Shown piece by piece: positions 9,645 through 19,144 of a stretch of 64,000 bases of DNA (the first letter of the stretch is position 1; each line of letters starts with the position of its first letter). Source of the stretch: a virus (taxonomy: Duplodnaviria > Caudoviricetes); IMG/VR virus record IMGVR_UViG_3300032216_001891, positions 1-64,000 of that record; one strand, 5' to 3'. Both the position numbers and the translations under genes were made by a program. A model generated the notes under the pieces. The model did no database searches. It was given only the letters and a program-made list of their open reading frames with translations, and was not told the DNA's origin.

Positions 9645-12485
9645 TTATGATGCTGTTAATGACAATGCCGATATATATTGCCCAGCTGTCAATTTAAATC
9701 TTATGTAAATGTAGTTGCCCACAGCAGCGGTTGAGTTGGTAATACCAAACGATATTTGCATCTTACCACTACCCGTGCCCGAAGTAACTGCTGTATTGAA
9801 CGAGGGTACTGCACCGGTTACACAACCAGCCGATCCGTTACCAGCCGATCCGTTACCAGGAACACCGCCTGGATTGGATATGGCTGCAGTTAACCACCCA
9901 TTCCAAGTGGCATTACTCACGTTGGTGGCATTGGTACCACCTACACCGCCCGAAGTTGGCATGGCACAGAATATGTTAGCAGCAATACCAGTATAATTTA
10001 GGAAGAAAGTTGTAACACCGGCCTGTGCAAAACGCACAGTAAAGTACTGTGTTGATGCTTGACCGGTTAAGTTTGGTCCCACTGGCAAATAACCGGTTGA
10101 GTAGTTGGTTTGGTCGCAACGTATAACACCACTGGTTGGAGAAGCCCACCCAGTTACTGTGGCATCATATGTTTGTAACGGTGTTGTTGTGCTATTCCAG
10201 ACTGTTTCAGAACCAGTTATTGCATTACCAGTATCAGTTGCTTGTAAGTATTGAACACGATACATACCACCAGACACTGCACCAATCGGCGTTGTAGCAG
10301 CAATAGTAGTTTCGTCAATTGCAGTGCCAGTGCCGTTTTTCCATAATACCGTTACACCAGGTGCAAAACTTGTTCCGTTAGTACCGCTGGTGCCAGGAGT
10401 ATAGCCGTTAGTTACTGTTAATGTTGGCCCTAGAGCACTGTTACCAAAACCTGTAGCCAATGTACTAACGTTGGTTTCGTAATAGGCACTTGTACCGAAT
10501 CCATATGTGGGGTTACACAAATATCTTGGTAACGGTACAGTACCAGACCAATAACCAGCACTGGCCACTGCTGAGGTATATGGCACAGCAGTGGGAGCTT
10601 GGAAGCCGCCTGCGGCAGCAGTGGCACTGGTCAAGTTTACGTTACCGGTTGGATAAGTATCGCCGGATAAATTGTTTACGTTGCCTTTTAATCTAAACAC
10701 AGTACCGGATGTAAAATGCGGAATTGAGCTAGAGTAAGCCACCACGTTGGTGGTCAATGTAGCACTGGTGTTGGAGAATGTTGGTGTACCAGCAGCAGTA
10801 GAACTAATATCATTATACCACATCAGTGTGTTGGTATTGCCATTTGTGTATCCGCCAAGGTCTTCGATTAGAATACTGTTCCAGCCGGGCAACATACCTG
10901 CTGCGGCCGATATAGAAACGTTGGCACTGTACCAGAATCCAGCAGCCACTGTGCTCTTGATGTTGTTGTAGTCTGTATCGTTGACAATTGACAAATTACC
11001 ATTGGTCACTGTGCCCAATGCACCAGTTAAGTTTACAAATCCTGTTATGATGTTGCCACCGTACCAAGATCTTACGTTACCTTGACCTGACTTGATTGCT
11101 GCCAGTGTTGATGTTGCAATGGTATTGGCACGCACCGCTGAAAATGTTGTTCCGCCGGCCAACTGATAAGTGTTACCAGAAATATTATTTTGCTGTGTCC
11201 ATCCAGTACCACGTGCCGCATCACCGGTCATAATAGCCGATGTGGTACCGGTTGTGATACTGAATATACTTGCGGCGCCAACGGATGTTGCTACGTTGCC
11301 CGGGAAGTTGGGAGGTGCAGCCGGAGTTAACTTGCCTAAAATTTGATTTAATTGTGCGATTGCATCGGTCACGTTGGTTGTACTCGTTAATGTTATTGCG
11401 TTGCTTACCAGTTGTCCGGAACTGTTAGATCCCAACACCAGTGCATTGCCCGGGCTGAAACTCAACACTCCAGCACCGTTGGTGATTGCAGTATAGCCGT
11501 TGGCACCACCCGATATAGTCATGTTTGAGATTGAACCCAAGTTCAACAGTGTACCACTTAAACTGCTCACTGTGTTACCGGTGAGTGCAATATTGCCCAC
11601 AGTCAAATTGGCAGTGCCGGGGTTGAATGATAAGTTAGTTGCCACGCCGTGTGTGGTATTTCCAGCAGTCACCAAGTTACTGAACATTGGATAAAATGTT
11701 TGATTTGTAGTGTAAGGCGCAGTACAAGCGTAGAATGCGGTGTTACCAGAATTTGCTCCTGCAACTCCGGTTAAATAAATGCCCGACCCAACAAATGCAG
11801 TTGCGTACACATTGCCCGAGTTGGGATTAAAAAGGAAGTTTGGCGAAACACCGGTTACGCTGTTACCCGTGGTTGATAGGTTACTGAATTGTGGGAAAAA
11901 GTTAGCATTGGTGGTGTAGGCAGTGACCGAGTCATACAAACTCACGTTGGCTGTGGCTACAGTGCCTTGAACTGTACCGTATATCAATGCACCTGTGTTA
12001 CCAATTGTAGCAGCATTTATAGTAGCGGCTGTGACAGTGCCCGACTGTGCAAAAAGGTTTCCAGCTTTGATGTTAGCAAAGCCTGAATTATTTAAATTTT
12101 GTTGACTGGTACCGTAGGCGCCAGTTGCTGTTGTGGCAAATGCATTGAACGAAGACTCGTTCTCTCTCCATCCAAAAAATGCATTGACTGTTCCGTAGCC
12201 CGACAAGCTGGCCAAGTTTCGATTCACCAATAAACCAATGTCATAGTTGGCTAAACTGCCGGTATAACCGTTGTTAAATACGACAACCGGGTCGTTGATG
12301 TAGGTGTCGTTTGAATTGACTGTGGTTGTATTGCCCGAAACACTTAAATTACCTATAACAGTAACATTAGAATTTAATGTTAAATTAGGATTAAAATTAC
12401 TACCAACTAATGTGCCTGCTGCAATTTTAGTGTAGGTAATTGTGCTATCGGTAATTTGATTATTTTGTATTCGCGTTACAGCCAT
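9645..12485 (-). CDS. Virion fibre/structural protein
   Basis: 946 aa. MAVTRIQNNQITDSTI N-terminus, DPVVVFN...DIGLLVNR module, two copies of the 55-aa repeat. Confidence 0.7.
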   Translation of the reverse strand: MAVTRIQNNQITDSTITYTKIAAGTLVGSNFNPNLTLNSNVTVIGNLSVSGNTTTVNSNDTYINDPVVVFNNGYTGSLANYDIGLLVNRNLASLSGYGTVNAFFGWRENESSFNAFATTATGAYGTSQQNLNNSGFANIKAGNLFAQSGTVTAATINAATIGNTGALIYGTVQGTVATANVSLYDSVTAYTTNANFFPQFSNLSTTGNSVTGVSPNFLFNPNSGNVYATAFVGSGIYLTGVAGANSGNTAFYACTAPYTTNQTFYPMFSNLVTAGNTTHGVATNLSFNPGTANLTVGNIALTGNTVSSLSGTLLNLGSISNMTISGGANGYTAITNGAGVLSFSPGNALVLGSNSSGQLVSNAITLTSTTNVTDAIAQLNQILGKLTPAAPPNFPGNVATSVGAASIFSITTGTTSAIMTGDAARGTGWTQQNNISGNTYQLAGGTTFSAVRANTIATSTLAAIKSGQGNVRSWYGGNIITGFVNLTGALGTVTNGNLSIVNDTDYNNIKSTVAAGFWYSANVSISAAAGMLPGWNSILIEDLGGYTNGNTNTLMWYNDISSTAAGTPTFSNTSATLTTNVVAYSSSIPHFTSGTVFRLKGNVNNLSGDTYPTGNVNLTSATAAAGGFQAPTAVPYTSAVASAGYWSGTVPLPRYLCNPTYGFGTSAYYETNVSTLATGFGNSALGPTLTVTNGYTPGTSGTNGTSFAPGVTVLWKNGTGTAIDETTIAATTPIGAVSGGMYRVQYLQATDTGNAITGSETVWNSTTTPLQTYDATVTGWASPTSGVIRCDQTNYSTGYLPVGPNLTGQASTQYFTVRFAQAGVTTFFLNYTGIAANIFCAMPTSGGVGGTNATNVSNATWNGWLTAAISNPGGVPGNGSAGNGSAGCVTGAVPSFNTAVTSGTGSGKMQISFGITNSTAAVGNYIYIRFKLTAGQYISALSLTAS

Positions 12486-12513
12486 AATTATCCTTGGAAA
12501 TTATCTATAAAAG

Positions 12514-12520
12514 TATTTAG
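12514..12520 (-). promoter_or_regulatory. Late promoter box (CTAAATA)
   Basis: Intergenic, upstream of ATG 12485. Confidence 0.6.
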
Positions 12521-12538
12521 CCAATTTTTACTAAATTG

Positions 12539-13498
12539 CTAGACCGTATAGTAGGTTTTTTCTATTCTCAATTGATTTGAGCTGGTGGTACCGGTGGCCA
12601 AAAGATATGCTGTGTTGCCGCTGACATTTGCTGAGTATGTGACTGAGTTACCACCGGTGTTTAAGATTCCAAACGCAGTTACGGTTGCAACTCCGGCTCT
12701 TTGCAACAACATCACTTGTGCAAATTGCGAATCATATGGATTGGTGCTTGAAATTGAATATCTAGCACTTCTATAAAGACTTGTATCAATACTGTCAATA
12801 ATGGTAGCAGTTAACCCAACTGCAACATTACCGGTGTTGACTGTTGAACTGCTGACATTTATTGACAATACAGTACTGGCAATAAATCTAACATCGATGA
12901 TGTCAGAGACCAACGGAATTTCAGTAAATGTTATAGTAGTTCCTGCCACTGTGTAAGAAGTGCCCGGTTGTTGCACAGTACCGTTGATACTGACAATTAC
13001 ACCCGCTGTGGTGGCCGATTGATTCAAAGTAAAACTTTGACTTGTTCCGTTTGGTGTTATTATTTGATCCGTGATACTACTGGTCAACGGTATCCAAGCG
13101 GATCCATTGTAATATTCAGGCGAAGCATAATCTGTGTTGTAGCGTATATATCCGGTGGCAGCAGCAGATCTTTGTGCCGTTGAGCCCACAGGTAACCCCA
13201 CTGCCACTGTGTTGTTAAAAATTGTTACAGGAGTTTGATATGGTGTTATTGTATCGGCTGTGAGATTGCCGGTTATGCCAATATTGGCAGTTAAAGACGA
13301 GATAGTAAGGGTATTTGACCAAATTCTATCGCCATAGATTGTTGTTGTCAACACATTGCCATTGGCACTGACACCTAAATTTGGTTCAGCCGAGCTGAGA
13401 TCCAAATATTGGTATCTATCCAGTGTGACATTACCCGGTGCTGTGGTTATTACACGGTTACTGAGTAGTCGGCTTCGTCCATGGGTGTATTGATTCAT
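12539..13498 (-). CDS. Virion structural protein (paralogous to the C-terminal part of 4946..9625)
   Basis: LPVGSTAQR...GYIRYNT...EYYNGSAW, IVSINGTVQQP and YRSARY modules in the same order as in 4946..9625. Confidence 0.7.
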   Translation of the reverse strand: MNQYTHGRSRLLSNRVITTAPGNVTLDRYQYLDLSSAEPNLGVSANGNVLTTTIYGDRIWSNTLTISSLTANIGITGNLTADTITPYQTPVTIFNNTVAVGLPVGSTAQRSAAATGYIRYNTDYASPEYYNGSAWIPLTSSITDQIITPNGTSQSFTLNQSATTAGVIVSINGTVQQPGTSYTVAGTTITFTEIPLVSDIIDVRFIASTVLSINVSSSTVNTGNVAVGLTATIIDSIDTSLYRSARYSISSTNPYDSQFAQVMLLQRAGVATVTAFGILNTGGNSVTYSANVSGNTAYLLATGTTSSNQLRIEKTYYTV

Positions 13499-13499
13499 G

Positions 13500-13841
13500 T
13501 TATTGGTTCAATGTTTCCAATACGCTAAAAAGTGCCTGTGCTGCATTATTAGAGCTGGCTGTTATAAAAACACTGTCGCCGGTCATTAAAATAAGTCGCC
13601 CGGACATTAAATTAACTGCATCATTTGTGGGAATTTGAATTCCTGAGATTATTGTAGTGGGCGAGCTAGGAGCTGCTATGGGAACATAGTTTGCAGTAAT
13701 AGTGACAGAACTGTTGCCAATATTACTGACCTGTGCCATTAGCACCACTGTGGTATAGCCTGCAGGTGCTGTATAAACTGTAGAACCTGTAGTGGTCAAA
13801 TTGGCTGTGTACGTTTTAAATACATTTAATACTGATGCCAT
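13500..13841 (-). CDS. Small virion structural protein
   Basis: 113 aa, AAGGA SD, similar to 16061..16369. Confidence 0.7.
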   Translation of the reverse strand: MASVLNVFKTYTANLTTTGSTVYTAPAGYTTVVLMAQVSNIGNSSVTITANYVPIAAPSSPTTIISGIQIPTNDAVNLMSGRLILMTGDSVFITASSNNAAQALFSVLETLNQ

Positions 13842-13853
13842 GTTATTATCCTT

Positions 13854-15614
13854 TTAAATTACTGCTGTGTCTAGTGCTAATATATACGGTGTCATTAATG
13901 CAAACAAACTTCTGTTAAATGCATCGCCGGCAATAGTTCCTGTACCTTGGTTAACAGTTAAATTGCTACCAATCCAAAAATTTCCTTTTTCATCTGTGGC
14001 CGTGTAAGTTACTCTACCGCCGCCAGATGTAATCACATTTAAGTTGGCATTGGGTATTCCGCCATACTGCGGTAAGGCTGTGGCCAAGTTAGTACCAGCA
14101 CCAACATACTCAAATGTATGAGCACTGGCCACAACTCCACTGCGTTGATAAAATGTTACATTGGCACCCGGGGCTAGATTGGCAACATAAGTCTCAGGAA
14201 CAGTTACTCGGTAAGTGATTGAATCAATCGGTGTTATGGTATCGATACTGTAATAATTTGGATCGCCGGCAATGGTCATGACTTGGTTAACATTGGGTTG
14301 TTTTGGCATATTGGTTATCGTAAATACCCCGTTGGTGCTATAACCCGAGGTATTGCCATAGGTCAACAGTGGGCCTTTACCAGTGGCCATTAAGCCAATG
14401 TTACCAACACTGCTGTCACTGCCGTTTAATGTGCAGAATGATCCAGAATCGCTCCAAACTCCAACATTGGCGCCAATGGTGTATATGTTTACTAGTTGAG
14501 AGTACGCACTGTTTTTTAATCGAACACCGTATCCACCTTGATTGATCATTGTATAGAAACCCACAATCATACCTTTTGTACTCAAAGGACCCACAAAATT
14601 TCCGTCAACCATTACAGCACAGGCATTTGCCGATGTTGCCGATGATGTAATATTTTGTATATACGGGCTTACATAAAAATTCATATTGATCATGGCAGGA
14701 CTGTAGGCAAATGCATTGGCATTGTAATTTTTTACAGTAAGACCCCAAACGTAACTACCTCCAGAAACATAAAATATGTCTGAGTTGGGGTTTTGCGGTA
14801 TAATCGCCACCGAACGTATGGTATCGCCTATTAATGAAGTATTGTTGGGCAGAGTAACGGGATTATTTTCTCTGTATGTTCCCGGTGCTACATGTATCGA
14901 CGGCATACCGCTTTGTAAGTTATTGGTGGTTATGTAATTTACAGCAGATGATATTGAGGCAAATGGCGAATTAATTGTACCATCGTTGGTGGTGTCATTT
15001 CCGTTAGTAGCAACGTAAATTATGTTGGCACTGGTAGGAATAGTAACTGTTCCAGTTTTTATTTTTCCAGAGATAAAGTTTGCCACTGCTAAATTTGCTG
15101 CTGTTAGATTACCGGTTACTGTTGCAGTACCTGTGACCAAGTTAGTTACAATATTTCCCAATACATCGTTTATTAGTGCAACAGAATCGGTAACTGTGGT
15201 TGTGGTGGTGAGAGTCAGCGCCGGTGTTGTTAGATTGCCGCGAGTATTAGTCCCCAGTGCAATGTTGTTGCCCAGCAAGCCGCCGGCTAAATAGGCTATG
15301 TTGGCAAATGCCAAATTACCGTTACCATCGGTGTAGATGACATCTTTATTACTGCCACCAGCAATAACAACATTTGAAATTGTATTGAAACCGATCTTTC
15401 CAGTGTTACTAGTTATGGTATTGCCAAGAATGTAAAGATTGGCAATTCTAGCATTGCCGGTGCTGTCCAGTGCATATCCCGGAGTGGCTGTGTTGATACC
15501 AATTCTACGATTGTTGACATCAAAATAAACGAGATCGGTATCAACGGCTATATCAGTACCTTGGCGATCCAAGTTACTGTACAGCATGGGCCCTGATATG
15601 CGTCCTATTGTCAT
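13854..15614 (-). CDS. Tailspike-like protein with a pectin-lyase-like beta-helix
   Basis: IIYVATNGND...GTINSPFASISSA...IHVAPGTYRE is the typical N-cap of right-handed beta-helix domains. Confidence 0.65.
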   Translation of the reverse strand: MTIGRISGPMLYSNLDRQGTDIAVDTDLVYFDVNNRRIGINTATPGYALDSTGNARIANLYILGNTITSNTGKIGFNTISNVVIAGGSNKDVIYTDGNGNLAFANIAYLAGGLLGNNIALGTNTRGNLTTPALTLTTTTTVTDSVALINDVLGNIVTNLVTGTATVTGNLTAANLAVANFISGKIKTGTVTIPTSANIIYVATNGNDTTNDGTINSPFASISSAVNYITTNNLQSGMPSIHVAPGTYRENNPVTLPNNTSLIGDTIRSVAIIPQNPNSDIFYVSGGSYVWGLTVKNYNANAFAYSPAMINMNFYVSPYIQNITSSATSANACAVMVDGNFVGPLSTKGMIVGFYTMINQGGYGVRLKNSAYSQLVNIYTIGANVGVWSDSGSFCTLNGSDSSVGNIGLMATGKGPLLTYGNTSGYSTNGVFTITNMPKQPNVNQVMTIAGDPNYYSIDTITPIDSITYRVTVPETYVANLAPGANVTFYQRSGVVASAHTFEYVGAGTNLATALPQYGGIPNANLNVITSGGGRVTYTATDEKGNFWIGSNLTVNQGTGTIAGDAFNRSLFALMTPYILALDTAVI

Positions 15615-15622
15615 ATCCTGTC

Positions 15623-16057
15623 CTAGGCTGGCACGTTAGTGCTGTTGAGATTGTGAATTATATTAATTCTATTTGGACTAGAAGGTAAGCTGGGTGCCGG
15701 TGGTGGTGAAGTAAATGTTATTGTTGCTCCTGACACTGTATAGGCTGTATCTGGAAGTTGATACACACCGCCAATGGTTACAACAATATTTTTTGCATCG
15801 CTTTGTGATTGGCTCATTGTAAACACAGTAGCAAATCCGTTTCCCACTAAGTCATCAACAACAGGAGTTAATGTACCAATTTTAGCCACTTGATTCCATG
15901 TATTGTTGTAGTAGAATTCAATTCTACTAGAAGAACTATTGAATCGTATAATGCCATCCACAGGTGCATCACCATAACTGCTGTTGGGCACCATTGGTAG
16001 TCTAGCCGCTTGGCTACCTCCAGGAGTTAAGTCGGGGTTTTTTAAAAATCTTGCCAT
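15623..16057 (-). CDS. Virion structural protein
   Basis: 144 aa with GIIRFN...EFYYNNTW and IVVTIGGVYQ.P modules shared with neighbours. Confidence 0.7.
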   Translation of the reverse strand: MARFLKNPDLTPGGSQAARLPMVPNSSYGDAPVDGIIRFNSSSSRIEFYYNNTWNQVAKIGTLTPVVDDLVGNGFATVFTMSQSQSDAKNIVVTIGGVYQLPDTAYTVSGATITFTSPPPAPSLPSSPNRINIIHNLNSTNVPA

Positions 16058-16060
16058 GTG

Positions 16061-16369
16061 TTAGATTCCAATTGAACTTACAGTTGCAGTTACGCTGTTG
16101 CTTGCCGATGCATTGGCTGCAATAAAATCACCGTTGGCCAATACAAATTTTTCTTGATAAATGATCAAAGTGTTATAGGCCGATATAGTAACATTACCGT
16201 ATATAACTGAGGTTCCGTTTGCAACGCCGCCTGAAGGCACCACATACACATTGGCTTGTACCGATGAAGCAGTGTAGTTGCACAGGTGTATAGTTGTGAT
16301 TGCTGTGTTGCCCGAACTAGTGTAGATGCTAGAGGCTGTGGTTGTTAGTGTGGTATTTTGTATTGCCAT
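16061..16369 (-). CDS. Small virion structural protein (start corrected to ATG 16369, 102 aa)
   Basis: AGGA SD before MAIQNTTL. The longer ORF-track start overlaps the upstream gene. Paralog of 13500..13841. Confidence 0.7.
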   Translation of the reverse strand: MAIQNTTLTTTASSIYTSSGNTAITTIHLCNYTASSVQANVYVVPSGGVANGTSVIYGNVTISAYNTLIIYQEKFVLANGDFIAANASASNSVTATVSSIGI

Positions 16370-16377
16370 GTTTTGTC

Positions 16378-16896
16378 CTATCCAAAAATAATACTGTAAG
16401 CGATGCTGCGTTGTTTGGTAACCAACTCTTGATTTGTGTAATTTCCGTTGGTGATGTAAGTTCCCGAGCCACCAGCAGAGGGTGTGCCTGCATAAATTTG
16501 TACACTGGTGGCTGTGTCGTACACTCGAAATCCGTTGAGATTTAAGTTTGCTGTTAATCCTGTGGCTGTGGTTATGATGTTTCCGTATGCGGAGCCGTCT
16601 ACAGTGGTTTGCCAATTTTTTAATGTTTCGTTCCAACGCAATGCAACATTAGCACTGGATCCACGGTTCACTTCGATACCCGCATTTAGAGTGGGGGCTG
16701 TGGAGGAAGACACGTTGGCATTGAGCGTTATGATATTGTCCCAAATTGTAGTGTTGGTGGTGTTGATGCTAGTAGTATTACCAGTTACTAGTAAATTACC
16801 GTTGACTACAAGTGTATTGGTGTTGACATTTACATTATCAGAGGCGCCAATGCTCTGAATGGTATAATCACCAGAAATTCTTTTAAAAGTTGCCAT
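16378..16896 (-). CDS. Virion structural protein
   Basis: 172 aa, DNIITLN...AGIEVNRG...LRWNE module. Confidence 0.7.
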   Translation of the reverse strand: MATFKRISGDYTIQSIGASDNVNVNTNTLVVNGNLLVTGNTTSINTTNTTIWDNIITLNANVSSSTAPTLNAGIEVNRGSSANVALRWNETLKNWQTTVDGSAYGNIITTATGLTANLNLNGFRVYDTATSVQIYAGTPSAGGSGTYITNGNYTNQELVTKQRSIAYSIIFG

Positions 16897-16917
16897 CTTT
16901 ACAATCCTGTTATAGAG

Positions 16918-16924
16918 TATTTAG
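16918..16924 (-). promoter_or_regulatory. Late promoter box (CTAAATA)
   Basis: Between a terminator and ATG 16896. Confidence 0.6.
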
Positions 16925-16946
16925 TTGAATTGTTAGTATGCATATC

Positions 16947-16981
16947 AAAAAAAAACAACCTGTGTTGCCACAGGCTGTTTT
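16947..16981 (-). terminator. Rho-independent terminator
   Basis: AAAACAGCCTGTG-GCAA-CACAGGTTGTTTT stem with a GNRA loop and a T9 tail. Confidence 0.8.
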
Positions 16982-17022
16982 CAACTTGATTCATGCTGAT
17001 TCACGTCAGCTGATTATAGTTA

Positions 17023-17787
17023 TTAACCGCTGATTACTCTAGCAAAGCCCGATGTTATTGTGGCCGATGCTGATATGGCATTGCCGCCCAACACATAACG
17101 GAATCGAGTTGGATTGAAGCCGCTGGTGTAGTAGGTCACTGTGCCGTCTGTGCTGTCTCGTGTGCCATTGGTGGTGAAGTCATGTATATACTTGTTGTCA
17201 ATTCTACTTACTAATGTCATTGTGTTGGCCAACACAAAAGTAGAAGAGGAAACATTGCCAGTGATGGCCACTGCCACGTTGGTTGCAGAAACCACTGCTG
17301 TGACTTGAGCACCTGCTGCACCAATGTTGGCACTGGTGAATCCAAGAATATAGTCGCCCACACGTGGTGTTGCTACTGGACCAATGGTCGTACCCGAAGT
17401 CCAAGTAACCCAAGTTTGTGTGGCATTACCAGCAATGTTGGCTGCTGCTATGTTTGCACTGGGAATAACACAGATGTTAGCGAACAGGTTCATTTGACCC
17501 GCTGCCAAGGTTGTGTTGTTTACCAAACGACACGTACCCGATCTAGTTCCATCTGACACACGAAACTTGTGAGCACCTTTTTGTGCTGTGATACTGCCAG
17601 GTAAGGCACTACCACCAGTGATGAAAACTGTGGGTCGAATTTGTAAACCGGTTTGACTTGTTGCGCCACCCACACCACCAATGCGGTTACCGTTGACTAG
17701 TGTTGGTGTAACAAATCTATCCGTTTGTGATTGTGGATAGTTTACTGATGATACTGAAGTTGTTGTTGAAATTTTTAATTTTGCCAT
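17023..17787 (-). CDS. Putative virion protein of unknown function, monocistronic late gene next to gp23
   Basis: 254 aa, strong AAGGAGA SD, own promoter and terminator. Confidence 0.7.
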   Translation of the reverse strand: MAKLKISTTTSVSSVNYPQSQTDRFVTPTLVNGNRIGGVGGATSQTGLQIRPTVFITGGSALPGSITAQKGAHKFRVSDGTRSGTCRLVNNTTLAAGQMNLFANICVIPSANIAAANIAGNATQTWVTWTSGTTIGPVATPRVGDYILGFTSANIGAAGAQVTAVVSATNVAVAITGNVSSSTFVLANTMTLVSRIDNKYIHDFTTNGTRDSTDGTVTYYTSGFNPTRFRYVLGGNAISASATITSGFARVISG

Positions 17788-17801
17788 TTTGTTTCTCCTT
17801 T

Positions 17802-17872
17802 GCCCCTCAGGGCGTTAGCGTTCTAGGCCGCCCGAAGTGGTGCTCCGAGAGTCTCTCTTAGCGAGTGAACAT
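17802..17872 (-). promoter_or_regulatory. Riboswitch-like 5' UTR resembling the glutamine-II (Downstream-peptide) motif
   Basis: P1 UGUUC/GAACG, P2 CUC/GAG, linker GGAGCA...GGCCUAGAACG, pseudoknot GGGCG/CGCCC, and an alternative hairpin GCCC-UGAG-GGGC next to the SD. Confidence 0.5.
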
Positions 17873-17875
17873 GTG

Positions 17876-17882
17876 TATTTAT
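17876..17882 (-). promoter_or_regulatory. Late promoter box (ATAAATA)
   Basis: Directly after the gp23 terminator, upstream of the structured UTR. Confidence 0.65.
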
Positions 17883-17894
17883 GCCGTTGTCAAC

Positions 17895-17920
17895 AAAAAA
17901 CCTGCACTGGGCAGGTTTTT
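17895..17920 (-). terminator. Rho-independent terminator after gp23
   Basis: AAAAACCTGC-ccagt-GCAGGTTTTTT. Confidence 0.8.
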
Positions 17921-17945
17921 GTTTGATACAAATACTACAAAAATA

Positions 17946-19118
17946 TCACTGAAAACTAAGGTTGCTGATGCTAATTTCTGACAAATAATCGCCAGCATTA
18001 CCAAGAGAACTCGAAGTATTTGTTAATTCGACGTAGCCATATCTCGTCATAAAGCCAACTACTGGTTCAAAAGTAGCCGGATCTAAAACAACGCCACTAC
18101 TCATTAACGGAATATATGGGCAATAGAACGCAGCTGCATCAGCTTCGCTAGAACCCTTATAACCAACTAATACTGGAGTTGAATCGTTTCCATAACTGTC
18201 TACATAGATACGCATTGCGCCATTCAATGTACCAACAAACTTGGTGTTTGTAGGAGCTTCAAATGTACCTTCTGTTGTTCTAGCAAATGCACTAGTAGTT
18301 GCACTTTGCAACACTGTCAAAGCAGCTGGACTTACAACTGCCCAGTTACCAGCACCGCGACGTGTACGTTGAGCAATTAAGTTTGCTGAACGATTGATCA
18401 ACACTGCCAAAGCAGCATGCTCATCACCAACAAATGTTGCTGTACCTGAAACGCTGGACTGATCATATGCATAATCAACTGCACCCAAGCTACGTAAACT
18501 ACCTAAGATCTCTTGATCGATTTCTACAGTAATTTCTTGTGCCAATGCTGCCATGATTTCTGCTTCTACATCTAAACCATGCATGCTTTGTGCGTCTTGA
18601 GCCGCTTCAAATGTCCAACGTGCTGACAACTTACGTGTCTTGGCTTCTACTACTTGTTTCAAAATTTGAACGTTGATTCTGTTACCTGCTACACCTTCAA
18701 GTGCTGTTGTGGTTCTTGCGAAACCATCAGTTGAGCCTGAATATGCAGTTGCAATCTTGAATGGTGATAATGCTTCGTCACCAGCTACAGTACCAGTTGC
18801 ACCACCTGTACCTGTTACACCGTCAGCGTAACGTACACGTAATGTATGGATCTGTGCTACTGGACCTGTCATTGGCTGAACACCAACGATTTCGTTTGCA
18901 ATAACTGTAGGCATAACACGACGAATAACTGGTAGAATTACACGATTAAGTGTAGCCACGTTACTTGAGCCTGTTGCACCTGCTGTTGCAGTTTCCATCA
19001 AGTTTTTGCGAGTGTTTTCCAAAATTACACCCATTGTAGTTCTTTTACTTCCGTTTAAGCCTTCAAGCAGAGCGTCTTTGGTTTCGCCCCAACGGCTTTC
19101 TAATAATGCTTGTGTCAT
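17946..19118 (-). CDS. gp23: Major capsid protein
   Basis: RRVMPTVIANEIVGVQPMTGP, KTRKLSARWTFEAAQD, AFYCPYIPL and GFMTRYG are gp23 signatures. Confidence 0.97.
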   Translation of the reverse strand: MTQALLESRWGETKDALLEGLNGSKRTTMGVILENTRKNLMETATAGATGSSNVATLNRVILPVIRRVMPTVIANEIVGVQPMTGPVAQIHTLRVRYADGVTGTGGATGTVAGDEALSPFKIATAYSGSTDGFARTTTALEGVAGNRINVQILKQVVEAKTRKLSARWTFEAAQDAQSMHGLDVEAEIMAALAQEITVEIDQEILGSLRSLGAVDYAYDQSSVSGTATFVGDEHAALAVLINRSANLIAQRTRRGAGNWAVVSPAALTVLQSATTSAFARTTEGTFEAPTNTKFVGTLNGAMRIYVDSYGNDSTPVLVGYKGSSEADAAAFYCPYIPLMSSGVVLDPATFEPVVGFMTRYGYVELTNTSSSLGNAGDYLSEISISNLSFQ

Positions 19119-19144
19119 TTCTTTTTCTCCTATTTAGGGTTAAG

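Noticed and set aside
16370-16636. N-terminal extension of ORF 16061..16636
   Set aside because: It overlaps the real upstream gene in another frame; the SD and paralogy support ATG 16369.
4946-17787. Frequent N-X-S/T sequons suggesting N-glycosylation of fibres
   Set aside because: A hand count in the 172-aa protein (6 sites) is about what its high Asn and Ser/Thr content predicts. A shuffle test would be needed to claim enrichment.
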